In this document: piece after piece, positions 17,061 through 25,837 of the stretch
How positions within the stretch are numbered: position 1 is the first letter of the stretch
How the letters are laid out: every line of letters begins with the position of its first letter
Notes under the pieces: generated by a model
Told to the model about the DNA's origin: nothing
The model's database searches: none
What the model saw: only the letters and a program-made list of their open reading frames with translations
Origin: a virus
Taxonomy: Duplodnaviria; Caudoviricetes
Direction: 5' to 3' (one strand)
Length of the DNA: 26,613 nucleotides
Virus record (IMG/VR): IMGVR_UViG_3300014839_000035
Coordinates: 1 to 26,613 of that record
Position numbers and translations under genes: made by a program

Positions 17061-18591
17061 CGGGAAAGCCTTTCTTTGTAGGAGGAACTATTGGAGGCTT
17101 ACCTGGAACAGCATTACCCGCGCCCTTGCCGGGGTTCATCAATGCTTCCAGTGCCGCATTGTTTACAATGCTTTCGCTCACATCCGCCGTATCTATTTCG
17201 GCGTTAATTATCTTGGCCGTTTCCGGTTCTTCAGTTATTCCCTCTGTCACACTTTTAAACATTTCTCTTTTCCCAGTAATAGATGGATAATCTGTTACCT
17301 TAGTCATAAAAGTTACCAGATTGTTTAACTTATCCTCAAAAGATTTTATATCATATTGTTTTTCATATTCAACGTTGATTTCATCTAGGGGTTCTTCAAG
17401 AATAATCGCCGCCATGTTTAATATTTTTCGATGTAATAATTCGCAATCAGTTGCAGTGCTGACAATATTTGCCTGAACCGGATCACGTTCGATTGCTTTA
17501 GCTATCCCCGATTGCATAACCTCTTCACCACCAATACCCATTTTTCTAATAGATTTAGCATTCTTTTCGTTATTTATTGCTTCCGTTATGTATTCCCGAT
17601 ATTGATCTCTTGCTACAGGAATTGATTGTAAATCTTTTGTTAAAAATTGGGGCGGCTTATCCCCGCCATATATCATAGTTGTTTCATCATAATGCTTTTT
17701 TAATGTCACTTGACCCTCATTGTCAATATTACTATTTTCCGCTATTACCGCTTGTTGTGGCATAAGTAAAAGCGAGGCTGAGTATTTAAGCACTTCCATA
17801 TTGGCACAAGTCATAAAGTTCATGGCTGTAAATATCAGTTTTGATGTGGTAAAAAACGTACAATCCCCAATTATATCATTGTAATTATCAGGATAAGCCG
17901 TTTGATAAATCACTGGCACAAATCCAAAATTATGCGGTTTTACTTCAGGATCTTTTCCATTTCGGTAAATAGTAAGATTTGTTTTGTCCCAAACATGAAT
18001 TTCTTTTGTTGATCGAGGCGGAGGCTTTGTATAATTCGTCCAATCCGGTCTTGAGCAAGCCCTATATGCAAACCATAGAAATTCACCATTTTGAATTTCC
18101 CAATTTATCACATTAGCGGCATTAATAAAATTTATATATGGGTAAATCATTCTATCCTTTTGATCTTGTAAAGAAACCGTGACATCTATCGGCATATCCA
18201 TAATAACAAATACCGTACCATTTAAACGGAACATTGGGCTTGCAATATTCTGCATCCAGCGTATCAATGAAATAGAATTATATTTTGAATGCATGACATT
18301 TTTCGCAAACTCAAATGTCAATAAATTATCTGGTATTTCCTCTTTTGGGGCACACCGGAATATGACATTTCCTGGGGCATTAATAAGTTCTAATGTCGGG
18401 TTAATAAATCCGTTTATAAATATATTTTTCCTAAAATTATATTCCGTTTGTTTTTCGTGGGGCAATTTGAAACAATAGGTATAATCATTATCATTCCTTA
18501 ATGTTTGTTCATCATCCTCAAAAAGAACGCGGCAACGTTCATACTTTTGTGCTCTTTTTTCGATTGCTGGATTAACCGGAATACGAATCAT
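17041..18591 (-). CDS. Portal protein
   Basis: 516 aa directly after the large terminase. Contains HEKQTEYNFRK, GTVFVIMDMP, HNFGFVPVI and QSGIAKAIER. Confidence 0.85.
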   Translation of the reverse strand: MIRIPVNPAIEKRAQKYERCRVLFEDDEQTLRNDNDYTYCFKLPHEKQTEYNFRKNIFINGFINPTLELINAPGNVIFRCAPKEEIPDNLLTFEFAKNVMHSKYNSISLIRWMQNIASPMFRLNGTVFVIMDMPIDVTVSLQDQKDRMIYPYINFINAANVINWEIQNGEFLWFAYRACSRPDWTNYTKPPPRSTKEIHVWDKTNLTIYRNGKDPEVKPHNFGFVPVIYQTAYPDNYNDIIGDCTFFTTSKLIFTAMNFMTCANMEVLKYSASLLLMPQQAVIAENSNIDNEGQVTLKKHYDETTMIYGGDKPPQFLTKDLQSIPVARDQYREYITEAINNEKNAKSIRKMGIGGEEVMQSGIAKAIERDPVQANIVSTATDCELLHRKILNMAAIILEEPLDEINVEYEKQYDIKSFEDKLNNLVTFMTKVTDYPSITGKREMFKSVTEGITEEPETAKIINAEIDTADVSESIVNNAALEALMNPGKGAGNAVPGKPPIVPPTKKGFPGVPDNN

Positions 18592-18628
18592 AATTGTACC
18601 TCTTTTTGTAAATATTTAATTTTCAATA

Positions 18629-20035
18629 TTATCCATTTTTTTTTGTAAAACTATCGTAAAGAATCATTCGGCCATGATGATATTCCTGGGAATAATCTAA
18701 GCCCGCGCAAGCGTGCCCGCGCAAGGCGTTTCCCCAGTCAATATCACTCGTACCCTCTTTGTAATACCCTAACTGCCAATCAGAAATGAGTTCTTTGCAC
18801 CCCTCACCCAAAGGGTTAATCATAATCAATTTCTTTTCCAGCCGGTTATTGGTAACGGCGATCCTGTCACGTATCATAGGATTTTTCGTTTTCATTGCTA
18901 TACGTAATGGCTTTCCTACAAATTCAACCTGGATTAATCGCAAATCATTTATCCCGATAGGTGCAACGGTCTGGCGGGCGCTTCCGCTCTGGCAAGGCGT
19001 GAGAATATAGGCGGGGGCATTAGGAAAATCGTTGACTATTTTTTTAGCAAGCAACTGGGTATTGCTTCCACGTAAATAATAAACCTTGAATATTTTACTT
19101 ATGATATGATTTTTTAATGTTGCGTCTTGTTCTGTGTAGTTTTGGTAGAGTACCGCCGTCATAGGATCAACGTTGAAATCCATTCCGATATAAAGCGCAA
19201 GTGACGGATCGTATTTAATTGTTTTATCATGGTTTAAATCCGTATATGAATAATACACGCGCCCCGATTGCGTGTTAACAAACTCCCCACCAAGTTCCTG
19301 TTTTGCGAGAAAAGAATCGTAAGAATCTTCAAGAGACTCTATGTAGCCTTCTGGGAGATTTTTTCTATTTTCATATGTTGAAGAAATGACGTGGATATGA
19401 TCTTTATTTAATATTTTTCCCTCGTCGTTTTTTGTCCCAGGTTTTACTATAAATTCCTCATGTTGCCAATCGTGTCCATTTGGGGTTGTGGTTATTAATC
19501 CGGCCCGGTTTGTACTTGCATTATCGCGCAACCTCCCCTTCACAACATCCCATGCCTCTTTCTTCGTATCCCGCGTCTCATCCAGCCATAACCAACCAAT
19601 TTCTATACCCCTAATATCATCATAATTTTCCATTGAACGCACAATTATTTGTGGGCCAAAAGCAAACGTAATAATGCCGTTGTGTTTTTTAAATTTCGAT
19701 TTTATTCCCCATGAACGAGGCGGACGTATGTCATAAACATATCTAAACCCATATTTATCTACATATTCAAAGAAATTTTTAAGTGTGGATTGATTTAATT
19801 GCTGGTAAGAATTTGCACCAATAAAACCAACAGTAGCGGGATTGTTTTTAATCATTGTTATCGAAAAATGTGTACCCGTTGCCGTTTTTCCCGATCCTAT
19901 TCCACCAAAAAAACCGCCATAAATAGGGTGCTGTTTCGCCTCTATTAAATCACGACAAAGTAATTTTGATAATATTTTTAACTGCTTCGGGCGGGCTTTA
20001 AATCTGTCTGGAATCTTTACGGGTTTATCATTCAT
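18629..20035 (-). CDS. terL: Terminase large subunit
   Basis: Walker A GGIGSGKT, Walker B WLWLDE, TTTPNG, ENRKNLP, GMDFNVDP. ATG at 20035; the track uses TTG at 20050. Confidence 0.95.
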   Translation of the reverse strand: MNDKPVKIPDRFKARPKQLKILSKLLCRDLIEAKQHPIYGGFFGGIGSGKTATGTHFSITMIKNNPATVGFIGANSYQQLNQSTLKNFFEYVDKYGFRYVYDIRPPRSWGIKSKFKKHNGIITFAFGPQIIVRSMENYDDIRGIEIGWLWLDETRDTKKEAWDVVKGRLRDNASTNRAGLITTTPNGHDWQHEEFIVKPGTKNDEGKILNKDHIHVISSTYENRKNLPEGYIESLEDSYDSFLAKQELGGEFVNTQSGRVYYSYTDLNHDKTIKYDPSLALYIGMDFNVDPMTAVLYQNYTEQDATLKNHIISKIFKVYYLRGSNTQLLAKKIVNDFPNAPAYILTPCQSGSARQTVAPIGINDLRLIQVEFVGKPLRIAMKTKNPMIRDRIAVTNNRLEKKLIMINPLGEGCKELISDWQLGYYKEGTSDIDWGNALRGHACAGLDYSQEYHHGRMILYDSFTKKNG

Positions 20036-20462
20036 CCGTGTCAGCCTCAATAATTACAGACACATCTTCGGGTAATTGCTTTTCCTCTTTACCTTCACGA
20101 TCTGACCATTTTTCAGGCTGTCTATTTTTTAGCCAGTAAATACAGGCAAGCGTATCGGGTGGATAATGTTTAATTATATCAACGCGAGTGACTTCACCGT
20201 CTTTACAAAATATTTCCTCGGCAGGGTGTTCATATCCTTTAGCGCGGTGATAAAGAGAATTAGCAATACAGGCATCCGATTCATCCTTGCCCTTTTTTAA
20301 GGAAGCCAATAATTCGGGATATTCATTCAACCATACTTTTAAAATTGCTTCGGAAACATCCCAAATATCCGCTATCTGTTTATTAGTTGCCCCGAGTCTA
20401 CATAGTTTTTTTATCTGTTCTGGATATTCCGTTTTATATTTTGTAGGCGCACCTGCGGGCAT
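20028..20462 (-). CDS. terS: Terminase small subunit
   Basis: GAPTKY, HTH GATNKQIADIWDVSE, SLYHRAKGY, HYPPDT...WLKNRQPEKW. Confidence 0.9.
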   Translation of the reverse strand: MPAGAPTKYKTEYPEQIKKLCRLGATNKQIADIWDVSEAILKVWLNEYPELLASLKKGKDESDACIANSLYHRAKGYEHPAEEIFCKDGEVTRVDIIKHYPPDTLACIYWLKNRQPEKWSDREGKEEKQLPEDVSVIIEADTDE

Positions 20463-20522
20463 TTTATTGTTTTTCTTTTATACATTTCATGTTATTTATT
20501 ACTTTTTGTCTGATTTATCTAA

Positions 20523-20550
20523 AATATACCATAAATATTTTCAAAGTCAA
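20523..20550 (-). promoter_or_regulatory. Sigma70-like promoter for the late (terminase) operon
   Basis: TTGACT, 16 bp spacer, TATATT, with an extended -10 TGn. Confidence 0.6.
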
Positions 20551-20663
20551 GGAATATTTAAACAAATCGGTAAAAATGCCATATCAATATATATTGGTAC
20601 GCTATTTGATAGCCGGTTTCAAGGGGTATGCCAATAGTGGGTATGATTATTATTAAAAATTTC

Positions 20664-20692
20664 TTGACAACGCTTGGGGCGCATTTTATAAT
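20664..20692 (+). promoter_or_regulatory. Perfect-consensus sigma70 promoter for the replication arm
   Basis: TTGACA (20664-20669), 17 bp spacer, TATAAT (20687-20692). Confidence 0.88.
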
Positions 20693-20699
20693 TAATACA

Positions 20700-20846
20700 T
20701 GCTGGAGCTACCGGCAGACGGCAAACCTTCACTGTAAGGTGATTTTGAATAATCGAATTATCAACTCCGGGTCAATCTCAATAAGCGTTGCATAGCTTCT
20801 TACAGGGCTTGTAGCGTGCCGGTTGTATTTTGGCCCGGAGCTTTTA
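20700..20846 (+). ncRNA. Structured leader / candidate antisense-attenuator RNA
   Basis: Stem 20765-20775 pairs with 20830-20840 and is followed by CTTTT. The enclosed segments are complementary to upstream leader segments. Confidence 0.4.
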
Positions 20847-20858
20847 AAAAAGCCTCTT

Positions 20859-21626
20859 ATGTTAAAATCGTTTTATATACAACACGACTATTCAGCACGA
20901 AACGATCAAAAAATACTACAATTGCGTTTCAAGTTTGGTTGGGAAGGATATGGTATTTTTTGGGCAATTTGTGAAACAATGGCAGAAGATACAACCGGTT
21001 ACATTAATAGGGAGGCCATCGGGGGGCTATCAATAAGCTATGGGGTGGCGATAGATAAACTGCAAATAATATTTGATTATTGTGTTGAAATTAAACTATT
21101 CTACATCTGCGAACATGGCAATTATTACAATCAACGTATATTGGATCACAAAAAAGAACGCCTTTTTTATTCTGAGAAGGGCATTGAAGGAAATATTAAG
21201 CGGTGGGGACATCGCCCCGCGAATCGCAAGGATAGTATAGAAGAGAATAGAAAGAAGAAGAGTATACTCGCTTTTCCGTTAGATTTTCCCGGATACCGAT
21301 TATCATTTCGCCTTTGGAATAAAATAAAAGAATCTGGAACATTAATGAAAGAGCCCAATTTACAAATATGGGCGGAGGAAATTAGAAAGTTACATGATAT
21401 TAATAAAATTCCTTGGGATGTAATAGATCAAACTATGACGAATGCCAGAAAAGATTCTTTTTGGGAAAAAAACATACGGTCTGCAAAATCATTAAGAAAA
21501 AATATCCTTAATGGAAATCTTGATAAATACCGTCCCCTGCCGGAAAAATGTATGCCAGATGAAGAATATCAAAAGCACGTTAAAGAAATTGTTGAAAAAG
21601 AAAAGCAAAATGGACAATTACAATAA
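20859..21626 (+). CDS. Replication initiator (DUF4373/Lin1244-like N-terminus; lambda-O-like C-terminal motif)
   Basis: FYIQHDYSARNDQKILQLRFKFGWEGYGIFW, GNIKRW linker, DSFWEKNIRSAKSLRK. Probable ATG at 20859. Confidence 0.8.
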   Translation: MLKSFYIQHDYSARNDQKILQLRFKFGWEGYGIFWAICETMAEDTTGYINREAIGGLSISYGVAIDKLQIIFDYCVEIKLFYICEHGNYYNQRILDHKKERLFYSEKGIEGNIKRWGHRPANRKDSIEENRKKKSILAFPLDFPGYRLSFRLWNKIKESGTLMKEPNLQIWAEEIRKLHDINKIPWDVIDQTMTNARKDSFWEKNIRSAKSLRKNILNGNLDKYRPLPEKCMPDEEYQKHVKEIVEKEKQNGQLQ

Positions 21627-23355
21627 ATTTGATTTACTAGATTTTCTTGCTCAAGTCGCTTATGGATACAAACGGCGCGGAAATGAATTGTATTTGGATA
21701 AATGTCCTTATTGTGAGACGGACAGAAAAGATAAGTCGGAGCATTTTTCTTTCAATGAGGATACGGGTGTTTTTTTCTGTGTTAAATGCCAAACTAAAGG
21801 AAATCTGATTACCTTCAAACGCGACCAGGGTTTTGAACCATTTGAATTTAAAGTTTACCACAAACCAGACCAAGTAAAAGTATCAAAATACAAAGAGCAA
21901 CCAGACCAATATTTTTCACTTTATAAAGAACATCGCGGAATACCGGAAGATGTTTTAAAGAAATATGGAGTCGGCCAATTCAAGGATGAACGACTTGGCC
22001 CATGTCGTACCTATGCTTATGTTGATGTTGAAACTGGCGATATAGTTAATGTTAAATATGTCAACGCTAATAAGCAAATGCGAACCGAATCAAATGCAAA
22101 GAAAATTTATTATGGTTTACAGCATGTTGATTTTAAAAAAGAATATTTGCATGTTGTAGAGGGGGAAGATGATTGCCACGCTTTAGTAGCTATGGGAATA
22201 GATAATGTGGTATCTGTGCCGTTTGGTGCTAGTAATTATTCTGAAGAAATGGGAAAAATAAATAAAAATTTTAAAATAATCTGGTTGTTATTCGATAATG
22301 ATAAGGCCGGACAAGAAGGCGCTCAAAAATTTGCACAAAAAGCAGGAGTATGGAAATGCAAAAACGTCTTGTTGCCATTTAAGGATTCCCGCGATTGCCT
22401 TTTAAATGGCTTGGATATTTTTGATATTGAAAAACTGAAAATACTTGCCAAACCATTTGATTATGCCCCGGAAATAAAAGTCAGGCCTGGGCTTTCAATT
22501 GGTGAACGCCTGCAAAGGTTTGAAACCGATTCAAAGAAAAATCCTTTTGGCCTGAAATTTGGATTCGACCTAATAGACGAAATAACCGGCGGATTAAGGG
22601 GTGGGGATTTGTTTAGCATAATAGCGAACCCTGGTTGTTTCAAAACAACATCCTTAATGAATTTAACAAAGCGGGCCATTGATACGACGGAAAGCGGAAT
22701 TGCTATTTTCTTTTCTTTAGAAATGCAGGCAGAAGCGGAATTTGAAAGAGAACTGCAAATAATGTTTAATTGTTACCGGCCAAACGATTTAAGACAAGCC
22801 GCAAACGTTAACAACCAGCAATGGCAAGAATTAAAAACCAATATATCACAATCCCCATATCACAGAATATATGTCGTTGACGAAACGTGGCTAACTATTG
22901 ATGATATTAAAAAAACCATAGAATTAACCGAGGAAATGTCAGATCAAAAATGTATTCTTGCTGGTATTGATTATCTTGACTTTGTTTCCACAGAGGCAAA
23001 AACGAAATATGATGCTGTTGAAATGATAATGACTGGACTAAAAAAGAAAATTGCAAAAAGTTTAAACATTCCCGTTATTGCATTGTGCCAAACCAACAGG
23101 GACACGCGAGAAATGGATTCAGAGGTAGGCACAAGAAGCGGAAAAGGTGGAACTGCAATAGAAGCCACATCTGATTTTTCCATAGGCTTGTGGCGCAAGG
23201 ATGATAAAATTATAGGGCGTTTTTTAAAACACCGCAGATTTAATGCGGTTTCATTCGGGGAAAATCCTTATTTTGAATTGGATATTGAAAAGAAGTTTCT
23301 CTTAATTAACGATATGCGATTTTGCAAAAAGCCGGAGAAGGAAAGGGAATGGTAA
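21610..23355 (+). CDS. Bifunctional primase-helicase (Zn finger + TOPRIM + DnaB/SF4; T7 gp4/Twinkle-like layout)
   Basis: CPYC...CVKC, VVEGEDD, FDNDKAG, ANPGCFKTT, FFSLEM, GIDYLD, IPVIALCQTNR. Probable start MDNYNK at 21610. Confidence 0.92.
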   Translation: MDNYNKFDLLDFLAQVAYGYKRRGNELYLDKCPYCETDRKDKSEHFSFNEDTGVFFCVKCQTKGNLITFKRDQGFEPFEFKVYHKPDQVKVSKYKEQPDQYFSLYKEHRGIPEDVLKKYGVGQFKDERLGPCRTYAYVDVETGDIVNVKYVNANKQMRTESNAKKIYYGLQHVDFKKEYLHVVEGEDDCHALVAMGIDNVVSVPFGASNYSEEMGKINKNFKIIWLLFDNDKAGQEGAQKFAQKAGVWKCKNVLLPFKDSRDCLLNGLDIFDIEKLKILAKPFDYAPEIKVRPGLSIGERLQRFETDSKKNPFGLKFGFDLIDEITGGLRGGDLFSIIANPGCFKTTSLMNLTKRAIDTTESGIAIFFSLEMQAEAEFERELQIMFNCYRPNDLRQAANVNNQQWQELKTNISQSPYHRIYVVDETWLTIDDIKKTIELTEEMSDQKCILAGIDYLDFVSTEAKTKYDAVEMIMTGLKKKIAKSLNIPVIALCQTNRDTREMDSEVGTRSGKGGTAIEATSDFSIGLWRKDDKIIGRFLKHRRFNAVSFGENPYFELDIEKKFLLINDMRFCKKPEKEREW

Positions 23356-23561
23356 AGCAGAAACCGAAGTATATCAAATTCGACCTCTGGCGCGAATATG
23401 AGGCGGAAAAGCAGCGCACCCAGCGCCAAGCCCAGGCCGCTCCGGTGATGTGCCTTGAGGATGAACGGGTGCAGCCGCACGGCATAGACACAACGCACCT
23501 TTGGAGTAAGCGGGGTGGTGGGCATGGGCTTGGTGGGCGACATCCTGGAAATGGGCATTGA
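23349..23561 (+). CDS. Hypothetical protein
   Basis: ATG at 23349 overlaps the end of the helicase gene, with AAGGGA upstream. Confidence 0.45.
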   Translation: MVKQKPKYIKFDLWREYEAEKQRTQRQAQAAPVMCLEDERVQPHGIDTTHLWSKRGGGHGLGGRHPGNGH

Positions 23562-23579
23562 AAATAAATTATTATTTAC

Positions 23580-23608
23580 TTGACTTTTATATTTTTTTAT
23601 CGTAAATT
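23580..23608 (+). promoter_or_regulatory. Sigma70-like promoter
   Basis: TTGACT, 17 bp spacer, TAAATT in an AT-rich intergenic gap. Confidence 0.55.
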
Positions 23609-23626
23609 TATATCAGAAACAATTTA

Positions 23627-23968
23627 ATGGAGTTAAAAATGACCTTTCAAAAAGGTGTAAAATTTTCAGGTAGGCCAAAAGGGGCGGTCAATAAGTATGT
23701 TTTTAACGTGGTTTCTGTTATAAATGCAAGGTTTCCCGCTTCTATTCCGCATTTGGCCGATAGGGTTAGTACCCTTGATAGTGCAAAAGCCTCGCCAGGT
23801 CGGGATTACCTTAAAAAATACTATTCTGGCGGCAAACTTTCGGCGCGGCAGGCCGCTATTGCTCAATGCTGCTCATGTATGGGGTATTATTCTGATGGAA
23901 AAATTGATTGTGAATGCCCTATTTGCTCACTTTACCCATTCATGCCATATCGTTTAAAGGATAAGTAA
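23627..23968 (+). CDS. Hypothetical protein with a GRPKG motif and a C-terminal Cys-rich (putative Zn) domain
   Basis: TFQKGVKFSGRPKGAVNK and AIAQCCSCMGY...CECPICSLYPF. Confidence 0.7.
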   Translation: MELKMTFQKGVKFSGRPKGAVNKYVFNVVSVINARFPASIPHLADRVSTLDSAKASPGRDYLKKYYSGGKLSARQAAIAQCCSCMGYYSDGKIDCECPICSLYPFMPYRLKDK

Positions 23969-24189
23969 TGACCTCCACCTACAAAGCCAAGCACCCGCGC
24001 ACCCGTGGCCGTGAGCCGGTTGCCGACAAGATACACAGCACCAAATCTCGCGGTATGCCGTTTGGCACAATTTGCGAGCATTATCACAAGAAGAACGATT
24101 TTGGCAATATTCTGGCAAGTTATGGCTTTGCTTCAAAGTGGGACGTTATGGAGCAGGCGGGGAAAATAATTACTGGGAGGGCAAGGTGA
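23968..24189 (+). CDS. Hypothetical protein
   Basis: TAATG-coupled to the previous gene; 73 aa. Confidence 0.55.
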   Translation: MTSTYKAKHPRTRGREPVADKIHSTKSRGMPFGTICEHYHKKNDFGNILASYGFASKWDVMEQAGKIITGRAR

Positions 24190-24275
24190 TCGGATTACTT
24201 CTATTTCTTGTAGGTTTTATCGCCGGAATGATAACGGTTGATGCAATACATAGAAATAACGGGCGGTGGCTATGA
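24186..24275 (+). CDS. Small single-TM protein
   Basis: GTGA overlap, GGGAGG upstream, translation (M)IGLLLFLVGFIAGMITVDAI.... Confidence 0.5.
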   Translation: MIGLLLFLVGFIAGMITVDAIHRNNGRWL

Positions 24276-24511
24276 ATACAAAACAATACGAGCGCCTCAT
24301 TGCCCACCGCGAGAGTAAGGCGCGGTTTCCGCTAAAAATCAGATTGCGCTGCTGCGTGTGCAAGCGATATAAAATTGGCAATTGGTGGATATATACCGTG
24401 GAGGTGCATAACGATACTGTAAAGGTTTCTCACGGATATTGTACGGCGTGTTTTAAAAAAGAAATGGACAAATTGACAAGAGAGATAAAACACAAAACAA
24501 AGGAGGGGTAA
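24272..24511 (+). CDS. Hypothetical protein with CxxC...SHGYCxxC motif
   Basis: RCCVCKR...VSHGYCTAC, with an ATGA overlap. Confidence 0.65.
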   Translation: MNTKQYERLIAHRESKARFPLKIRLRCCVCKRYKIGNWWIYTVEVHNDTVKVSHGYCTACFKKEMDKLTREIKHKTKEG

Positions 24512-24718
24512 ATGGCGATAAGCATAGATGTAAGGCGTTATGCAGCAATGAAAAAAAAGAAAGACAAGTTAATGTTGCGGGTAAAATCTGTCGAGGTAGA
24601 AATGGCAAGTCTGCGCTCCATATACAGCGCGGTATCGAACGCGGTTCTATCGGAGTTTGACAAGCAATATGCACACTATTGCGACAAGCAGGCAATCAAA
24701 CAGGCGGAAGGGGCATAA
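24512..24718 (+). CDS. Hypothetical coiled-coil protein
   Basis: AGGAGG RBS; abuts the previous stop. Confidence 0.65.
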   Translation: MAISIDVRRYAAMKKKKDKLMLRVKSVEVEMASLRSIYSAVSNAVLSEFDKQYAHYCDKQAIKQAEGA

Positions 24719-24719
24719 C

Positions 24720-24923
24720 GTGGAACGCACACAGGTATATGCTTTCAAAGGCAAAGTTGGTGATCTACTCCCCGACCTGTTCGCAATAATGAGCCGAGCC
24801 TTTTCCAGCCCGATACCGGAGGGGCGCAGCTGCCTAGAAATCATAGACGACACGATACGGGCGGACAGCGACGCGCAGGGCGAGGTTGTGGCACAGGCAA
24901 GAGCGGCGACGCATGAGGACTGA
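24720..24923 (+). CDS. Hypothetical protein (probable GTG start)
   Basis: GTG 1 bp after the previous stop, AGGGG upstream. Confidence 0.45.
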   Translation: MERTQVYAFKGKVGDLLPDLFAIMSRAFSSPIPEGRSCLEIIDDTIRADSDAQGEVVAQARAATHED

Positions 24924-25076
24924 ACTCGACAACTACACGCACCTTGACGCGATATGGGACAAGCGCACCGAGCGCGGGATTGAGGAAAACGACCCACTGG
25001 CGGAACAATGAACCGGACGAAAGTTAAAAATAAATAACATACCTACTTAAAAATATATTATATTTAAGGAGTAAAA

Positions 25077-25175
25077 AGTCTGTGGCAATTCCAGAGAGAA
25101 CAACAAGCGCGGTGGCTCCATGTCTTAAATTGCCGTCCATCTGCGCCACAGACTACGGTAAGCCGCGCTATTTTT
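25077..25175 (+). ncRNA. Structured leader / candidate antisense-attenuator RNA
   Basis: Stem AGCGCGG (25106-25112) pairs with CCGCGCT (25163-25169), followed by ATTTTT. The enclosed segments are complementary to 25077-25090. Confidence 0.4.
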
Positions 25176-25189
25176 AAGGAATTTTATTT

Positions 25190-25304
25190 ATGGGAACAAA
25201 AACATCAGGACAAATCACGACGCAATATAGCAAAAAAAATAGGCGTAAGCGAAGCATGGATTAGTAATATAAAACATAAAAAATGCTGGAAACATATAAA
25301 ATAA
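25190..25304 (+). pseudogene. Probable internally deleted homing endonuclease remnant
   Basis: RBS and MGTKTSG, then in another frame SRRNIAKKIGVSEAWISNIKHKKCWKHIK*. Confidence 0.55.
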
Positions 25305-25318
25305 AAAAAGGGGAATTT

Positions 25319-25819
25319 ATGAGCAATCTCTACGAAATTAACTCAGCATATCTATCACTATTAAATGAAGTAAGGGATTATGCAGAAAGCAATAATGGTG
25401 AAATAAGTAATGATTTAAGCATTAGGCTTGACGCAATGGAGTTGGCGCGAGATTTAAAAATAGAGGCAACTATGTGCTACTACAAAAACGAAAATAGCCT
25501 TGCCGTTATGCTTATGAATGAAATAGCGGCACTGGACAAGCGCCTGCGCTCACATGAGCGTAACGCAGAATGGGCAAAGCAGTATCTTGCCGGAATTATG
25601 CAGCCGCGTGAAAAGATGGAATTTGCAACAGGCAAAATAGGGTGGCGTGAAAGCGTGAGTGCAAATATAATTGACTCCACAAAGATACCGGCAAAATTCC
25701 AGCGCATCATACCGGAGCGCAAAGAGCCGGACAAGGTTGCAATAAAAGACGCACTGAAATCCGGCGAGGCCGTGGACGGGGCGGAGTTGGTAGTAAAACA
25801 GAATGTGCAGATAAAATAA
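25319..25819 (+). CDS. Siphovirus Gp157 family protein
   Basis: MSNLYEI, EIAALDKR, GWRESVS, KIPAKF, PDKVAIKDALKSGEAVDGAEL..NVQIK. Probable ATG at 25319. Confidence 0.9.
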   Translation: MSNLYEINSAYLSLLNEVRDYAESNNGEISNDLSIRLDAMELARDLKIEATMCYYKNENSLAVMLMNEIAALDKRLRSHERNAEWAKQYLAGIMQPREKMEFATGKIGWRESVSANIIDSTKIPAKFQRIIPERKEPDKVAIKDALKSGEAVDGAELVVKQNVQIK

Positions 25820-25837
25820 CTTTAACAGGGGCACAAA

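Noticed and set aside
1209-20637. Many short plus-strand ORFs over the late operon
   Set aside because: Antisense to densely packed, motif-bearing minus-strand genes, with no recognisable motifs of their own.
21010-21270. Origin iterons within the initiator gene
   Set aside because: Only loose GCTAT/GGGG motifs and a purine-rich linker; I could not define a clear repeated unit.
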